From Felis catus (taxonomy: Eukaryota): a DNA stretch of 64,000 nucleotides. Below, piece after piece: positions 63,318 through 64,000 of the stretch. Made by a program: the position numbers and the translations under genes. The stretch covers positions 198,836,001-198,900,000 of the forward strand of contig NC_058368.1 of assembly GCF_018350175.1 (NCBI RefSeq), written 5' to 3'. Position 1 is the stretch's first letter; every line of letters starts with the position of its first letter. The notes below the pieces were generated by a model, which was not told where the DNA came from, searched no databases, and saw only the letters and a program-made list of their open reading frames with translations.

Positions 63318-64000
63318 GAAATAGGTCATGTAGAACATAGAGGATGGAAGGAGGATAAGAACAGCTACCCCGTCTGCTGCAGATAAGTCAGGTTAGATGT
63401 GGCAGCTGGTACATGCTTATACGAAAATGGTAAAGGCAAAAATGAGCAAAATTAAAAAATGTTGTTCCCTCAAATAATGGGCCAGGCTTTGGTCATTGAC
63501 AGCATTCCTCAATTTTCTAATTTAAAATTCTGTTTTAGCATTTCACTTTTCTACTGTGGAGTAGATAGTGCATTTAGACTTATTGGCAGCCATAGTAGAC
63601 CACTTTTAACATAATCGATTTCCCTTTGGCAAATGCAAATACCACATTCTGCAGTTTAGTTAACCGGGCATCAGAGCCTCAGGGATTACACCTGAATTGC
63701 AAATTTCAAGGAAACTTAAGTAATTAATATACAAAGGAATCTCGCCATTTCACAATTGCCTTCAACCAGTTGAGACAAGATGAGATACGATTTCTTTGCA
63801 AAAACCTTCTAGAACCACAGCTTTCTTGCTTATTTTTTCGTGGCAAAATATTTGTTCGCATTGACTTTCAACAGTGATCCTGCTGTCTATAAATACCGTA
63901 TGACTCGTTTTCTTTTTCCACTCTCTCCTGTTTGCAGTTTAAAGTGCCACAAGCCCAAGGCACTCAAGTGAATTTTTTAAAATACCACAAACCAACTCCT

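Overview
Mammalian (Felidae, cat-like) non-coding genomic DNA, most likely the inside of one very long intron of a gene transcribed on the + strand. That reading is an inference from apparent T-rich skew, the best splice motifs lying on +, and the longest L1 being antisense. No ORF in the track is a recognisable protein; the only homology I can see is a decayed L1 ORF2 remnant. The window holds more than 25 tRNA-derived CAN-SINEs, two of them very young felid copies with perfect target-site duplications (TSDs). It also holds old L1, L2 and MIR fragments, an MLT1 LTR, Tigger2a/MER20/MER33-type DNA transposon fossils, microsatellites and several repeat-poor, motif-rich blocks that look like conserved enhancers. 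I found no convincing new biological system. The best leads are a candidate recursive (ratchet) splice site AG|GTAAGT at 57553/57554, a 26-nt microexon candidate at 451-476, other isolated short exon candidates, a perfect 34-bp inverted repeat inside a TA/CA microsatellite, and nested or inverted SINE arrangements. The host gene could not be identified. Repeat subfamily names are from recalled consensus sequences, and old-repeat boundaries are approximate.
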